Of a DNA stretch of 64,000 nt, positions 54,988-64,000 are shown in pieces. The translations under genes and the position numbers were made by a program. The notes under the pieces are model-generated. The model saw only the letters and a list, made by a program, of their open reading frames with translations, had not been told where the DNA came from and searched no databases. Where the stretch lies: contig BTUR01000004.1 in the NCBI GenBank assembly GCA_045863475.1, forward strand, positions 2,628-66,627. Direction: 5' to 3'. Position 1 is the first letter of the stretch; each line of letters opens with the position of its first letter. The stretch comes from Candidatus Campbellbacteria bacterium (GTDB taxonomy: Bacteria; Patescibacteriota; Minisyncoccia; Phycocordibacterales; EsbW-18).

Positions 54988-55452
54988 TTAGATAGTTCGG
55001 ATGCGAAGTTTCGTCTGTTTCTGCTTATCAATCTTTGGCAGACGAATGGTGAGTAGCCCGTGTTTGATTTCAGCGACGGCGTCCTCAGCTTTTACTTCTG
55101 AGGGCAGGAGAATGGTGCGTGCAAATGAGCCCCAGTAGAGCTCGCGGTGGAAATAGTCATCATCGTCCGCTTCGTATGACTCTTGGCGCGAACCGCGAAT
55201 AATAACCATTTCTTGTGAAATGGAAACGTCGAGGTCTTCAGGAGCAACACCTGCGACCATGGTTTTTATGATGATTTCTGTCGGTGTTTGTTTGACGTCA
55301 ACGGCAAGCTCGGCTTCCTGTTCGCGTTCCTCAAGCGGTTCGGTTATGGAACCTCGTTTCAGAGAACGTGTTGCTATCGGTTCGTCTTCAAACATCTCCT
55401 CATCGGTATTGATGGCGCCGGTGAGTCGTTGAAAGAATGATTGTTTTCCCAT
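54988..55452 (-). CDS. Hsp20/alpha-crystallin family small heat-shock protein
   Basis: Alpha-crystallin domain signatures (...VKAEDAVAEIKHGLLTIRLPKIDKQ...). Start taken at the internal Met (MGKQSFFQRL). Confidence 0.8.
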   Translation of the reverse strand: MGKQSFFQRLTGAINTDEEMFEDEPIATRSLKRGSITEPLEEREQEAELAVDVKQTPTEIIIKTMVAGVAPEDLDVSISQEMVIIRGSRQESYEADDDDYFHRELYWGSFARTILLPSEVKAEDAVAEIKHGLLTIRLPKIDKQKQTKLRIRTI

Positions 55453-55521
55453 ACGAATGAAGATGCGTGCTATGTGTGTTGCTAAAGTTGCTTTGTATTG
55501 TAGCACTCCGAATGCGGCGCG

Positions 55522-56214
55522 CTAGAGAACAAGTGGACGCACCCGCTTTACCCGCTCAAAGAGGAGCATGAGGCCGATGACGCATACCCACAAGATGATA
55601 AGGACAATGAACAAACCGTTGCTATCTGATTGCAAGATGAAGTGGTTAAACGTGGCGTGTATCCATACCGCAACCGCCAACCCGACCCAGAAGTACTCGT
55701 GACGCACCTTTCTGCTCTTGTAGAAGGAAAGGGCGATAGCGGCGCCGATGATTGATGATGATATGACGTGCAAAAGCGATGTGCCGATAAAACGGATATT
55801 GCCGGTGATGATACCAACGAATACGTCGCCCTCAATAAGGGGATTAAGGATAAACAACATGTTTTCCGCTGCCGCAAAACCTAACGCTGCGGTTAACAAA
55901 TAGACCATGGCGTCTATCGGCTCGTTTTCCGCATGCGTGTGCATACCACCGGTGTAGGCGGCAACGTATTTCAAAAGTTCTTCTACGAGCGCCCAGATGA
56001 CGATGACAGCAAGGGACACCGGAATGAAATATTCCGCGAGTTTTTCAAACGGAATGGCCAGTGGAACGCCGAGCATGCCGAGCAGGAATGTTGCGACGAG
56101 CAATCGGCGCGGCTCGGGGTGCAATCGATCTTCACGAAGCCAGAACCACAACCAGAAGAAGGCGGGCAAGACGCCGCCGAGGAATGCAATGGTTACTGAG
56201 TGGATGACGGGCAT
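55522..56214 (-). CDS. PrsW-family intramembrane metalloprotease
   Basis: Multi-TM protein with the EExxK motif (ALVEELLKYVAAY) and FxxxHxxxN (WIHATFNHF), both characteristic of PrsW. Confidence 0.7.
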   Translation of the reverse strand: MPVIHSVTIAFLGGVLPAFFWLWFWLREDRLHPEPRRLLVATFLLGMLGVPLAIPFEKLAEYFIPVSLAVIVIWALVEELLKYVAAYTGGMHTHAENEPIDAMVYLLTAALGFAAAENMLFILNPLIEGDVFVGIITGNIRFIGTSLLHVISSSIIGAAIALSFYKSRKVRHEYFWVGLAVAVWIHATFNHFILQSDSNGLFIVLIILWVCVIGLMLLFERVKRVRPLVL

Positions 56215-56215
56215 G

Positions 56216-58405
56216 TTAGTTGGAGGGCCACGGTGACACCATGAGCATCGGGTGTCGGCGGTTGGGAAGTGACTGCCAGATTTCTTCGGTTATAAACGGC
56301 ATGAACGGATGGAGAAGTGAAAGCGACGTTTCGAGTATGTGCATGAGCGTCCATTGTGCGGAGTGTTTTGCCGCCGCGTCGTCACCGGAGAGCACTGCTT
56401 TGCGTTCCTCCAGAATAACATCGGCAAGCGTGTGCCAAACGTAGTGGTACAGCTTCTCTGCGGCGAGGTAGAAACGGTATGCCTCCATGTCATCTGTAAT
56501 TTCTTGTGTGAGCGCTGAGAGTTCTTTGACGCATGTCGAGTCCTGAGCCGTGAGTTCAGGTTGCTCGGTCGGCGCTCCCTCACATTGTTCCAGGACGAAA
56601 CGCGTGATGTTCCAGATTTTATTTGAAAACTTTTTGTATGCGCGCACTTTGTCTTCGGTAAAGTTGCTGTCGTTGCCCGGTCCGATACCGACGATGAGCG
56701 CCATGCGCAGAGCATCCGCGCCGTACGTGGCGATGATATCAAGCGGGTCGATACCATTGCCCATGGACTTGCTGAACTTCTTTCCATGCGCGTCACGCAA
56801 AATGCCGTGGATATACACCGTTTTGAAAGGAATGGAGCCGAGCAAGTAGCCGCTCATGAGAATCATGCGTGCAACCCAGAAGAAGAGGATTTCGTACCCC
56901 GGCGCCATGACGGAATTGGGGAAAAATGTCTTCATATCTGCCGTTTCCTCTGGCCAGCCCAGTGTTGAAAACGGCCATAGGGCTGATGAAAACCAGGTAT
57001 CCAGAGTGTCGGGATCCTGTGTCCAGCCATCTCCTTCAGGCGCCTCCATGCCGACAAACGTCTCGTCGCCGCGATACCACACGGGAATCTGGTGTCCGTA
57101 CCAAATTTGGCGTGAGATACACCAGTCGCGCAAGTTGTCTATCCAGTGGAAATAAATTTTCTCAAATCGTTCAGGGAGAATAGAGATTGCACTGTTCTCA
57201 ACTCCTTTGCGCATAATCTCTTTAAGCGTCGTCTCAGAACCTGATGCGATGCCGGGAATAGTAGAGTGGGGGAGCGTGAAGCGCTTGTTGACGTCTACAA
57301 ACCACTGCGTCTTAGGAAGCGGCTCAATGATGCCGCCGGAGCGCTCTGCTTTTGCGATGTTTTGCTTGATGTCCTCCTCTTTCTCAAGCAGTCCTTCCTC
57401 GCGCAGCCATGCCACAACCGCCTCGCGCGCCTCAGCGACTTTCTTACCCTTAAGGTTCTCTCCGCCGACGGTGATGCGGCCGAACTCATCAATGACCTGA
57501 ACGGTTTTGAGATTGTGTCGTGTGGCCATTTCCGCGTCGATGTGTGAGTGTGCCGGTGTGACACCGAGTGCGCCTGTACCGAACTCCGGATCGACAGCTT
57601 CATCTGCAATAACAGTGACTGCAATTGGCACGCCGCAAAATTCCATTTCATACGTTTTGCCGATGTACTCTTTGTAGCGAGCGTCGTCGGGATGCACTGC
57701 AACACCGGTGTCGCCGAGTTTTGTTTCGGGGCGTGTTGTTGCAATGGGGAAGGGAAACTCTTTTCCGTAACGGAACGTGTAGAATTTTGCGTCACGTTCC
57801 TCATACACGACTTCATCGTCGGAGATTACTGTCTGACCCTTCGGGTCCCAGTTGACGATTTTATGTCCGCGATAAATGAGTCCGTCATCGTACATCCGCT
57901 TGAATGTCGTGCGGACCGCGAAGTTGCGCTGCTCATCCAGCGTGAATGCCTCGCGTGACCAGTCGAGTGAGGCACCGGTTGCCCGCACCTGCGAGACGAT
58001 GGTGTCGTGGGACTCTTGTGCGAATTTCCGGACGCGCTCCAAAAAGGCCTCGCGCCCCAAATCACTGCGGCGCAGACCGTCTTTCTCAAGGAGTTTTTCT
58101 ACCTTCGTTTGTGTGGCAATGGCGGCGTGGTCGGTACCGGGCACCCAGAGTGTTCTTTTGCCTCGCATGCGCGCAAAACGAACCATGGCGTCCTGCAGGG
58201 AATCCTCAAGCGCGTGGCCGAGATGGAGTGTTCCGGTGACGTTAGGTGGCGGGAGCACAATGCAGAACGCCTCTGCGTCCGGCGAGGTCACTTCTTTTTC
58301 TACACACACGTCAGGACTGAAAAAACCGCTTTCCTCCCATTTTTTGTAGGTGGCGGTTTCGGTTGCTTTCGGATCGTACGGTTTCAGGAATTTATCAGGA
58401 ATCAT
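56216..58405 (-). CDS. valS: valine--tRNA ligase, short form (729 aa; no C-terminal coiled-coil)
   Basis: PPPNVTGTLHLGHAL (HIGH), TLWVPGTDHAAIATQ, and KMSKS (KKFSKSMGNGIDP). Confidence 0.9.
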   Translation of the reverse strand: MIPDKFLKPYDPKATETATYKKWEESGFFSPDVCVEKEVTSPDAEAFCIVLPPPNVTGTLHLGHALEDSLQDAMVRFARMRGKRTLWVPGTDHAAIATQTKVEKLLEKDGLRRSDLGREAFLERVRKFAQESHDTIVSQVRATGASLDWSREAFTLDEQRNFAVRTTFKRMYDDGLIYRGHKIVNWDPKGQTVISDDEVVYEERDAKFYTFRYGKEFPFPIATTRPETKLGDTGVAVHPDDARYKEYIGKTYEMEFCGVPIAVTVIADEAVDPEFGTGALGVTPAHSHIDAEMATRHNLKTVQVIDEFGRITVGGENLKGKKVAEAREAVVAWLREEGLLEKEEDIKQNIAKAERSGGIIEPLPKTQWFVDVNKRFTLPHSTIPGIASGSETTLKEIMRKGVENSAISILPERFEKIYFHWIDNLRDWCISRQIWYGHQIPVWYRGDETFVGMEAPEGDGWTQDPDTLDTWFSSALWPFSTLGWPEETADMKTFFPNSVMAPGYEILFFWVARMILMSGYLLGSIPFKTVYIHGILRDAHGKKFSKSMGNGIDPLDIIATYGADALRMALIVGIGPGNDSNFTEDKVRAYKKFSNKIWNITRFVLEQCEGAPTEQPELTAQDSTCVKELSALTQEITDDMEAYRFYLAAEKLYHYVWHTLADVILEERKAVLSGDDAAAKHSAQWTLMHILETSLSLLHPFMPFITEEIWQSLPNRRHPMLMVSPWPSN

Positions 58406-58467
58406 AAAGCCATTCTAGCAACAGATGGGGAAAATACGAATATGCGTTTGTTTTTCTTGCGTACATC

Positions 58468-58513
58468 TATAAAAGACATGGATGTCCTTTATAAAGGACA
58501 TCATAAAGGACAT
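58468..58513. promoter_or_regulatory. Four copies of an 11-bp motif (ATAAAGGACAT) in the valS / surface-protein divergent intergenic region, including a perfect 22-bp palindrome gatgtcctttataaaggacatc
   Basis: Read directly: ataaaagacat, gatgtcctttat/ataaaggacatc, ataaaggacat. Confidence 0.45.
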
Positions 58514-58890
58514 TTATTTCAAACCCAGAAGCGGTGTTTCGAAGCACCACCGCCCATTGAAGAAAATATTCCTGTGGATAACTTTCATTTTGTAATCATG
58601 TGATATCTGAACCGTCATCGAACATCAGACAGTCGTTGTGGACCGGTGGGGTATTTACAAAAACTATAAATGACTTCTGGTTTTATCCCCTCATTACACA
58701 CAAAATTAAAATTTAATGAAGTTGACACAGATATTGACGAGAGTAGAGTAGTACTGTGTTTTGGGGAATGCCGCGAGCGGTAGCAAAGAGCTCGAGGCGT
58801 TTTGGCTATCTTTAAAAATCAAAAATTTGACACTCGTTTCGTTCTTATTTAGTTAGTTTCGCCTAGTGCGGATAACATTACGTATTACTT

Positions 58891-61800
58891 ATGAATACTC
58901 TTACGTATATTGCGTCTAAGTTGTACCGAAGCCTCGGTGTGACTCTCTCGGTTTCTTTGGTATTGGGTACACTTCTCGTTGCAGGTGTTTTTGTGGGTGA
59001 TGTTTTTGCTCAAGAAGGTGACCCGGACACTCAAACAATAGATGAGTCACAACCAGCAAGTCCTGAAGTAGGAGAGGGGAATGGAGAAGATATACCCTCT
59101 GGAGTCGACGCTGGAGGAGACACTCCTTCGGACACCAATCCTGACGAACAAGGAGAGGAAAACGGCGGTCACGTTCCTCTGGACAGCGACTCTGACGGTA
59201 TTGTGGATGAAGATGATAACTGTCCCAACGAGGCAAATGCCGGACAAGAAGATACGGATGGTGATGGGATAGGTGATTTCTGCGACGACGTAGACGATTC
59301 AGCTCCTGTTGTAGAAGGTCTGGCGGTCCCTGCGGGGAAGGGATCTTCTGGAGATGATGAAGAAAACACGGGTGGGGAAGACTGGGACGAGGACGGCATT
59401 TCAAACGAAAGTGACAACTGTCCTATCACACAAAACCCCGGTCAGGAAGATGAAGACAAAAACGACATCGGAGACGTCTGTGAAGATTTGGCAGTTGGGC
59501 CACAACAAGACGAGTCAATGATGCGATCGTTCTTTGTCCCGCAAATCGAATTTCCCAAAAAAGTAGACATCTGTCACGCGAATAACGGCAACGGATACAC
59601 GTCAAACAACGTCTCTATAAGTTCGATTCTTGGATTCCACGGACATCATTCGCACGGTGGAGATATTATTCCTCCATTTTGGTACAAGGTTGTAATTATT
59701 CCCTTCTACTACTCTGGAAAAAATTGGGACACCGAGGGGCAGGCAATCTGGAACAATGGTTGTGAACCACTTCCTGTTGAAAACTTCTGTCGTGTTGAAG
59801 TTGTGAGTGACACAACAAACGAGGTTGTCGAAACGGGCAACGATGCTGTCGCAACGTGGGACGACCACACCGCATGGACGGCAAACATCCCAGGTGCAAC
59901 GTGGATCTGGAAGTCACCGTTTGTGGAGAATCCGACAGCGAACGAGACGTATACCTTCAAGAAAACGTTCCTGGTTGAGGATGTTGACACCGCGGTGCTT
60001 GATATTGCTGCCGACAATAGCTATGAAGTATTCATCAACGGAAACAATGTAGCCATTCCTACACAAGGTGATGAAGACAACTTCCGTTCCACAACCCAAG
60101 ACAACAACGTAGACATAGCGGTAACGGGTTTTCTCAATGAAAATGCACCCAACTCAATTGAGGTGCGTGTTCGAAACTGGGCACAGGGCGGCGGCACCGC
60201 ACAGTCAAACCCTGCAGGTGCGCTCTACAAACTTACCGTAAACGAAGAGTCGGAAGAGGACTTTTGTCCGCAACCGCCTCCACAAGGACCCGATACACTG
60301 CTCACCATCATTAAGAAGGTGCTTGGTGAGGGGCTCCTTTCGTCGGGCGATTTCACGCTCGGATTGAGCTGGTACACAGGAGACAACGACAACGAATCAT
60401 TCCCCGGCGAAGACGAACCAGGAACGACGTTTGAGGTGAATCCGGGGACATTTATTGTTGGGGAGAATCTTACCCCGGGCTACTCCATGCTCCGCGACAA
60501 CATCTGTGTCGGTGGACAGATAGACGAAGGCGAGACGGTTACCTGCACAATAACGAACAAATATCTTCCGCAGGGTGGTGATGATTATATGTGTGAAGAT
60601 TTCCCGCAGCTCTCGGGTTGGTACGGGCAGTACTACAACTATCCGAAGAGCCGCGATGACATGTACGATGTGTACAACGGCGATCCGGTTCCCGGTAATG
60701 ATGGCCTTGGTAGCTCGATACACGGCGAGCCTGTACTCCTCGGCGACGACGCATACGAGTGGTACAACACGGAAGATTACTTCCGTTTCAGTCGCGTTGA
60801 TGCGGACCTCGAATTCGGCGAGATGTTCTTCCCGTTCTACGGCTCGTCCGTTGAAGAGGTGGTGTACTACCCTGACGTTGACTATCATTTTGGTGTCCAC
60901 TGGTCGGGAGAAGTCACGGTTCCGGTTGATGGCGCAAGCTATAACTTTACCGGCAAGGTTGATGATGATCTCTGGATTTACGTCAATGGAAACTTACACA
61001 ACTTCCCAGCACCGGCACCAACGGGTGTTCACGGACCGGTTGCGATAAGTGGCGCACTCACACTCTCTTCGGGCGACATCATTGATATCTACTATGCAGA
61101 GCGCGCACCGAGTGAGGCGGCTATGCGCTTCGCATTTACAGATGAAGGTGTCTCGGTTCAGCCACACTCCGCGTCGTGCGGGCAGTGTGTTGAAGGACCG
61201 ACATGGGCCGCGTACGTTGTTGATTCCGAGCAAGGCACGAACAAGGGTGGTAATCCTATTGCTCCCTCACGTTCCATTCCTGGAAACGTACTTGGCACAC
61301 CGGATGGAAGTGGCACTGCTCCGGGAACCGGATTCTTCGCACTCGGTGTTGAAGGAACCATTACCGTTGAGTTCGATCACTTTGTTGAGAACGTTCAAGG
61401 TGACGACCTCTCATTCCACGAAATCACGAATGGGCGCTCGACGTACCCCGAAGAAAACGCTGTCGTCGAGGTGAGCCAAGATGGAGATGATTGGGAAGAA
61501 ATCGGAGAAGTGTCGAGTTTGGTTGCCGTTGATTATCTCGACTTCGATTCAACAGGGTGGTCATGGATTAAGTTCGTCCGCGTTACTGACTCAACGAACT
61601 ATGGACCGCACACAGACGATGCCGACGGCTACGACATTGACGCAATTGATGCTACCAATGGGCTCTGCAAAGAGCCGGATGGCGGGGGAAACGGTGACGA
61701 AGAGCAGATTATCGTTGTCAAACAAAGCAATCTACAAGGATGGGTTCATGGACCCGAAGGCGGTGATGATGCCGCTGGAGCATTCATCGACGGCCCCCTT

Positions 61801-62874
61801 ACCGCGCCCCGCGGCGATGGTAGCTTCCAGATGGTTCTCGATGATGGGTCGGATTCATACGTTCTCGCGCTCGCGTCGTACCTCGGTGTTCGCCTCGCGG
61901 ACATTCAGGAGCTTGGGTACAAAACCTTTGTCGACGTGGCATCACCTGGGACTGTCCAGACCATCGCGTTCCAGTTCAACATTGATGATAACGTTACTGA
62001 TTTAGACAATGGCTGGAAGGGCCGACTTGTCTATGAACCGTATCAGTCAGGAGAGACCATCACGAAGGGTGTGTGGCAGGAGTGGTCACCACTGGGAGGA
62101 GAGTGGTGGGCTACTGGTGCTCCATTGAACGCGCTTTGTCCTCAGGCAGATCCTTGTACGCTCTCTGAAATATTGACCGCATATCCAGACGCGGGTATCC
62201 ACCCAACACTCGGTGCGGTGCTCTTCAAGGCAGGAAGTGGCTGGGCACCAGGGTTCACCGGCTCGGTTGATGACTTTGTCATCAAGACCGGTGGCATGAG
62301 AACCATTTACGACTTCGAACCGGAACAGGGTACACCAACATTCGCATGTAGTGATGATGTGGATAACGACCAGGATGGATTGACGGATTATCCCGCGGAC
62401 CCCGGCTGTGGTTCTCTTGAGGATGATGATGAGACCAACCAGACCACAGTGACTACCAATGGCGGAGACAACAGCCCAAAGAGCCAGAGTAGACGACAAG
62501 GATTTAGCCGCAGCAGGGGATCGGTTTTGGGTGCATCAACAGGCTCCCTCTGTCCTTTCCTTAGCGACTATCTCCACATCAGCTTCCAGAATGATCCGAC
62601 TGAGGTCAACAAGGTGAAGATTTTCTTCAACGCGTACCTCAACAAGAACCTTGTGCTCGACGGAGTGTTCGACCAGGCAATGTTTGATGCCGTTGTCGAA
62701 TTCCAGAGCATGTTCAAACCGGACGTTCTTGATTCGTGGGTTCAGCACTACAGCTTCTTGGATGAAAACCCGACAGGATATATTTATCAGACCACAAAAT
62801 GGAAAATAAATAGCATTTTGTGTCCTGGGTATGAAGCGTTTCCTGACACGCTTATCATCGATCCTCGTGCATAA
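58891..62874 (+). CDS. giant secreted surface protein (1327 aa): signal peptide, thrombospondin-type-3-like Ca-binding repeats, a prealbumin-like repeat, a PA14-like domain, and a C-terminal peptidoglycan-binding-like domain
   Basis: N-terminal hydrophobic signal. DSDSDGIVDEDDNCPNEANAGQEDTDGDGIGDFCD and DEDGISNESDNCPITQNPGQED (TSP3-like). LTIIKKVLGEG...LTPGYS (the same fold as the 16330 repeats). GWYGQYYNY...FRFSRVDADLEF...HFGVHWSGEV (PA14-like). C-terminus FFNAYLNKNLVLDGVFDQAMFDAVVEFQ. Confidence 0.75.
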   Translation: MNTLTYIASKLYRSLGVTLSVSLVLGTLLVAGVFVGDVFAQEGDPDTQTIDESQPASPEVGEGNGEDIPSGVDAGGDTPSDTNPDEQGEENGGHVPLDSDSDGIVDEDDNCPNEANAGQEDTDGDGIGDFCDDVDDSAPVVEGLAVPAGKGSSGDDEENTGGEDWDEDGISNESDNCPITQNPGQEDEDKNDIGDVCEDLAVGPQQDESMMRSFFVPQIEFPKKVDICHANNGNGYTSNNVSISSILGFHGHHSHGGDIIPPFWYKVVIIPFYYSGKNWDTEGQAIWNNGCEPLPVENFCRVEVVSDTTNEVVETGNDAVATWDDHTAWTANIPGATWIWKSPFVENPTANETYTFKKTFLVEDVDTAVLDIAADNSYEVFINGNNVAIPTQGDEDNFRSTTQDNNVDIAVTGFLNENAPNSIEVRVRNWAQGGGTAQSNPAGALYKLTVNEESEEDFCPQPPPQGPDTLLTIIKKVLGEGLLSSGDFTLGLSWYTGDNDNESFPGEDEPGTTFEVNPGTFIVGENLTPGYSMLRDNICVGGQIDEGETVTCTITNKYLPQGGDDYMCEDFPQLSGWYGQYYNYPKSRDDMYDVYNGDPVPGNDGLGSSIHGEPVLLGDDAYEWYNTEDYFRFSRVDADLEFGEMFFPFYGSSVEEVVYYPDVDYHFGVHWSGEVTVPVDGASYNFTGKVDDDLWIYVNGNLHNFPAPAPTGVHGPVAISGALTLSSGDIIDIYYAERAPSEAAMRFAFTDEGVSVQPHSASCGQCVEGPTWAAYVVDSEQGTNKGGNPIAPSRSIPGNVLGTPDGSGTAPGTGFFALGVEGTITVEFDHFVENVQGDDLSFHEITNGRSTYPEENAVVEVSQDGDDWEEIGEVSSLVAVDYLDFDSTGWSWIKFVRVTDSTNYGPHTDDADGYDIDAIDATNGLCKEPDGGGNGDEEQIIVVKQSNLQGWVHGPEGGDDAAGAFIDGPLTAPRGDGSFQMVLDDGSDSYVLALASYLGVRLADIQELGYKTFVDVASPGTVQTIAFQFNIDDNVTDLDNGWKGRLVYEPYQSGETITKGVWQEWSPLGGEWWATGAPLNALCPQADPCTLSEILTAYPDAGIHPTLGAVLFKAGSGWAPGFTGSVDDFVIKTGGMRTIYDFEPEQGTPTFACSDDVDNDQDGLTDYPADPGCGSLEDDDETNQTTVTTNGGDNSPKSQSRRQGFSRSRGSVLGASTGSLCPFLSDYLHISFQNDPTEVNKVKIFFNAYLNKNLVLDGVFDQAMFDAVVEFQSMFKPDVLDSWVQHYSFLDENPTGYIYQTTKWKINSILCPGYEAFPDTLIIDPRA

Positions 62875-63028
62875 CAGTGGGGCAGAGGATATACAAAAAC
62901 CGTTCCGGAGAACCGGAACGGTTTTTGTTTTTTGGAGTATTGTGGAGATATTGCCTTTTTTATAAAACGTGTTATTATGAACATACGAAAAATCAGGTTT
63001 GTTACAATAAACATTGATGTTTGAAGCC

Positions 63029-64000
63029 ATGAGACGACACCTCACTGACTACTTCATACCGCACGGTGGCAACGACCACAAGCCGCACATGGTTCGCGAT
63101 GCGTCCATTGTCGTGCTGTTGCTCGTGGTTGTGCTGACCTTCGGTTTCTCCGTGTTCCAGTCGCTCCTTATCCGCACATCAACGGAGTTTACCGCGGCCG
63201 TGCTGCCATCAGTTCTCGTGGATCTGGCCAACGAAGACCGGGAGGATGAGGGGCTGTCACAGCTTACCGTCAATCCTGTTTTGGCAGAGGCTGCGCGCAT
63301 GAAGGCGGAGGATATGGCCGAATACGAATACTTTGCACACACGTCACCTGCGGGCATCAACCCGTGGTACTGGTTTTACCGTGCAGGCTACGAATTTGTG
63401 CACGCCGGTGAGAACTTGGCGGTGAACTTTGTGGATTCAGAAGATGTTGAGCAGGCGTGGATGGATTCTCCCGGACACCGTGCAAACATTCTCAACGGAG
63501 ATTTCACTGAAATCGGCATTGCAGCAATTCCGGGAACCTACAAAGGAAAGAAGACGATTTTCGTCGTGCAGTTGTTCGGTACGCCTGCCGCGGCAAGCAT
63601 CACAGGTACCGTTGAACGAACACCGGTTGTTCAAGCAACGGAGAATCCACAGGTTGCGGGCGAGCAGGTTGAAAATGTTCCCGCACCTGATATGTACCGC
63701 GAGGTGACGCTGACACAAGAGTTTGTTCCGAGTGGACCAGCCCAAGACGTCGTCGGAGCCGCGGCCCAGGAAACGCAGGTAGCGCTCTCAGATGCCCCCC
63801 AGAACGTCGAAAACGAGCCGGCGACGGCTCCTGTGGAGAAAGTCTCGCAGGCGTCTGTGTGGCAGAAATTCCTCACCCAGCCGCGCTCTCTCGTCAAAGG
63901 TGTCTACTTCTTTATCGGCGCACTTTTACTGCTCGTTATTGTGCTCATGGTGTGGTATCAGGTGCACTACCGCCACGCGCGTGAATTCTTACATGCGGTT
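63029..64000 (+). CDS. CAP (SCP/PR-1-like, YkwD-type) domain protein, 3'-truncated at the window edge
   Basis: Frame open from the ATG at 63029 to the window end. TM helix, then LAEAARMKAEDMAEYEYFAHTSP...GENLA...AWMDSPGHRANIL...FTEIGIA, the CAP-domain signature. The ORF track lacks it because there is no stop codon in the window. Confidence 0.65.
   Translation, partial: MRRHLTDYFIPHGGNDHKPHMVRDASIVVLLLVVVLTFGFSVFQSLLIRTSTEFTAAVLPSVLVDLANEDREDEGLSQLTVNPVLAEAARMKAEDMAEYEYFAHTSPAGINPWYWFYRAGYEFVHAGENLAVNFVDSEDVEQAWMDSPGHRANILNGDFTEIGIAAIPGTYKGKKTIFVVQLFGTPAAASITGTVERTPVVQATENPQVAGEQVENVPAPDMYREVTLTQEFVPSGPAQDVVGAAAQETQVALSDAPQNVENEPATAPVEKVSQASVWQKFLTQPRSLVKGVYFFIGALLLLVIVLMVWYQVHYRHAREFLHAV

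Noticed and set aside
40975-58425. Shared 12-13-mers (attctagcaaca at 40975 and 58414; ccgtggcacgtca at 3427 and 5481) as possible regulatory motifs
   Set aside because: Matches of this length are expected many times by chance in a 64-kb window on two strands, and there is no supporting positional pattern.
63049-63745. Minus-strand ORFs 63049-63360 and 63437-63745 and the plus-strand ORF 63429-63707
   Set aside because: A single plus-strand frame from 63029 to the window end, with CAP-domain motifs and a TM helix, explains the region better. It is missing from the track only because no stop codon lies within the window.

Overview
The window is a gene-dense bacterial chromosomal segment whose content resembles a reduced, Candidate Phyla Radiation (Parcubacteria-like) genome; that lineage assignment is inference. 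Housekeeping translation and replication genes are compact: L31, L33, RF1, S2, a short EF-Ts, short PheS, PheT, GyrB, GyrA, YchF, LeuS, ValS, a short IF2, RbfA, LepA, ClpB-like, MurJ, MltG and an FtsB-like protein. There are 12 tRNA genes, most without an encoded CCA, and an RNase P RNA on the minus strand that the ORF track tiles with spurious ORFs. Accessory content: (1) An IS110-family-like protein (12521-13612) whose N-terminal RuvC-like catalytic residues look substituted, embedded in roughly 2 kb of non-coding DNA carrying duplicated, permuted hairpin-forming RNA-like repeats; some stems differ by compensatory changes. (2) Six of the 12 tRNA genes are followed by partial copies of their own 3' ends. 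(3) An NlpC/P60-like domain is inserted inside PheT, and a small GIY-YIG nuclease gene sits between pheS and pheT. (4) Six tandem paralogous small two-helix proteins resemble TrbC/VirB2 pilins. (5) A CARDB-protein / sortase / 1186-aa surface-protein locus has an internal sorting-signal-like segment. (6) A second giant surface protein has TSP3-like and PA14-like domains. (7) A 100-bp element bounded by 'CCCGTTAGAG' inverted repeats occurs twice. (8) An 11-bp operator-like motif occurs four times in one divergent promoter region. (9) A roughly 570-nt GC-rich probable structured RNA between 22080 and 22650 could not be assigned. All product calls come from motif recognition in the translated ORFs, not from database searches.
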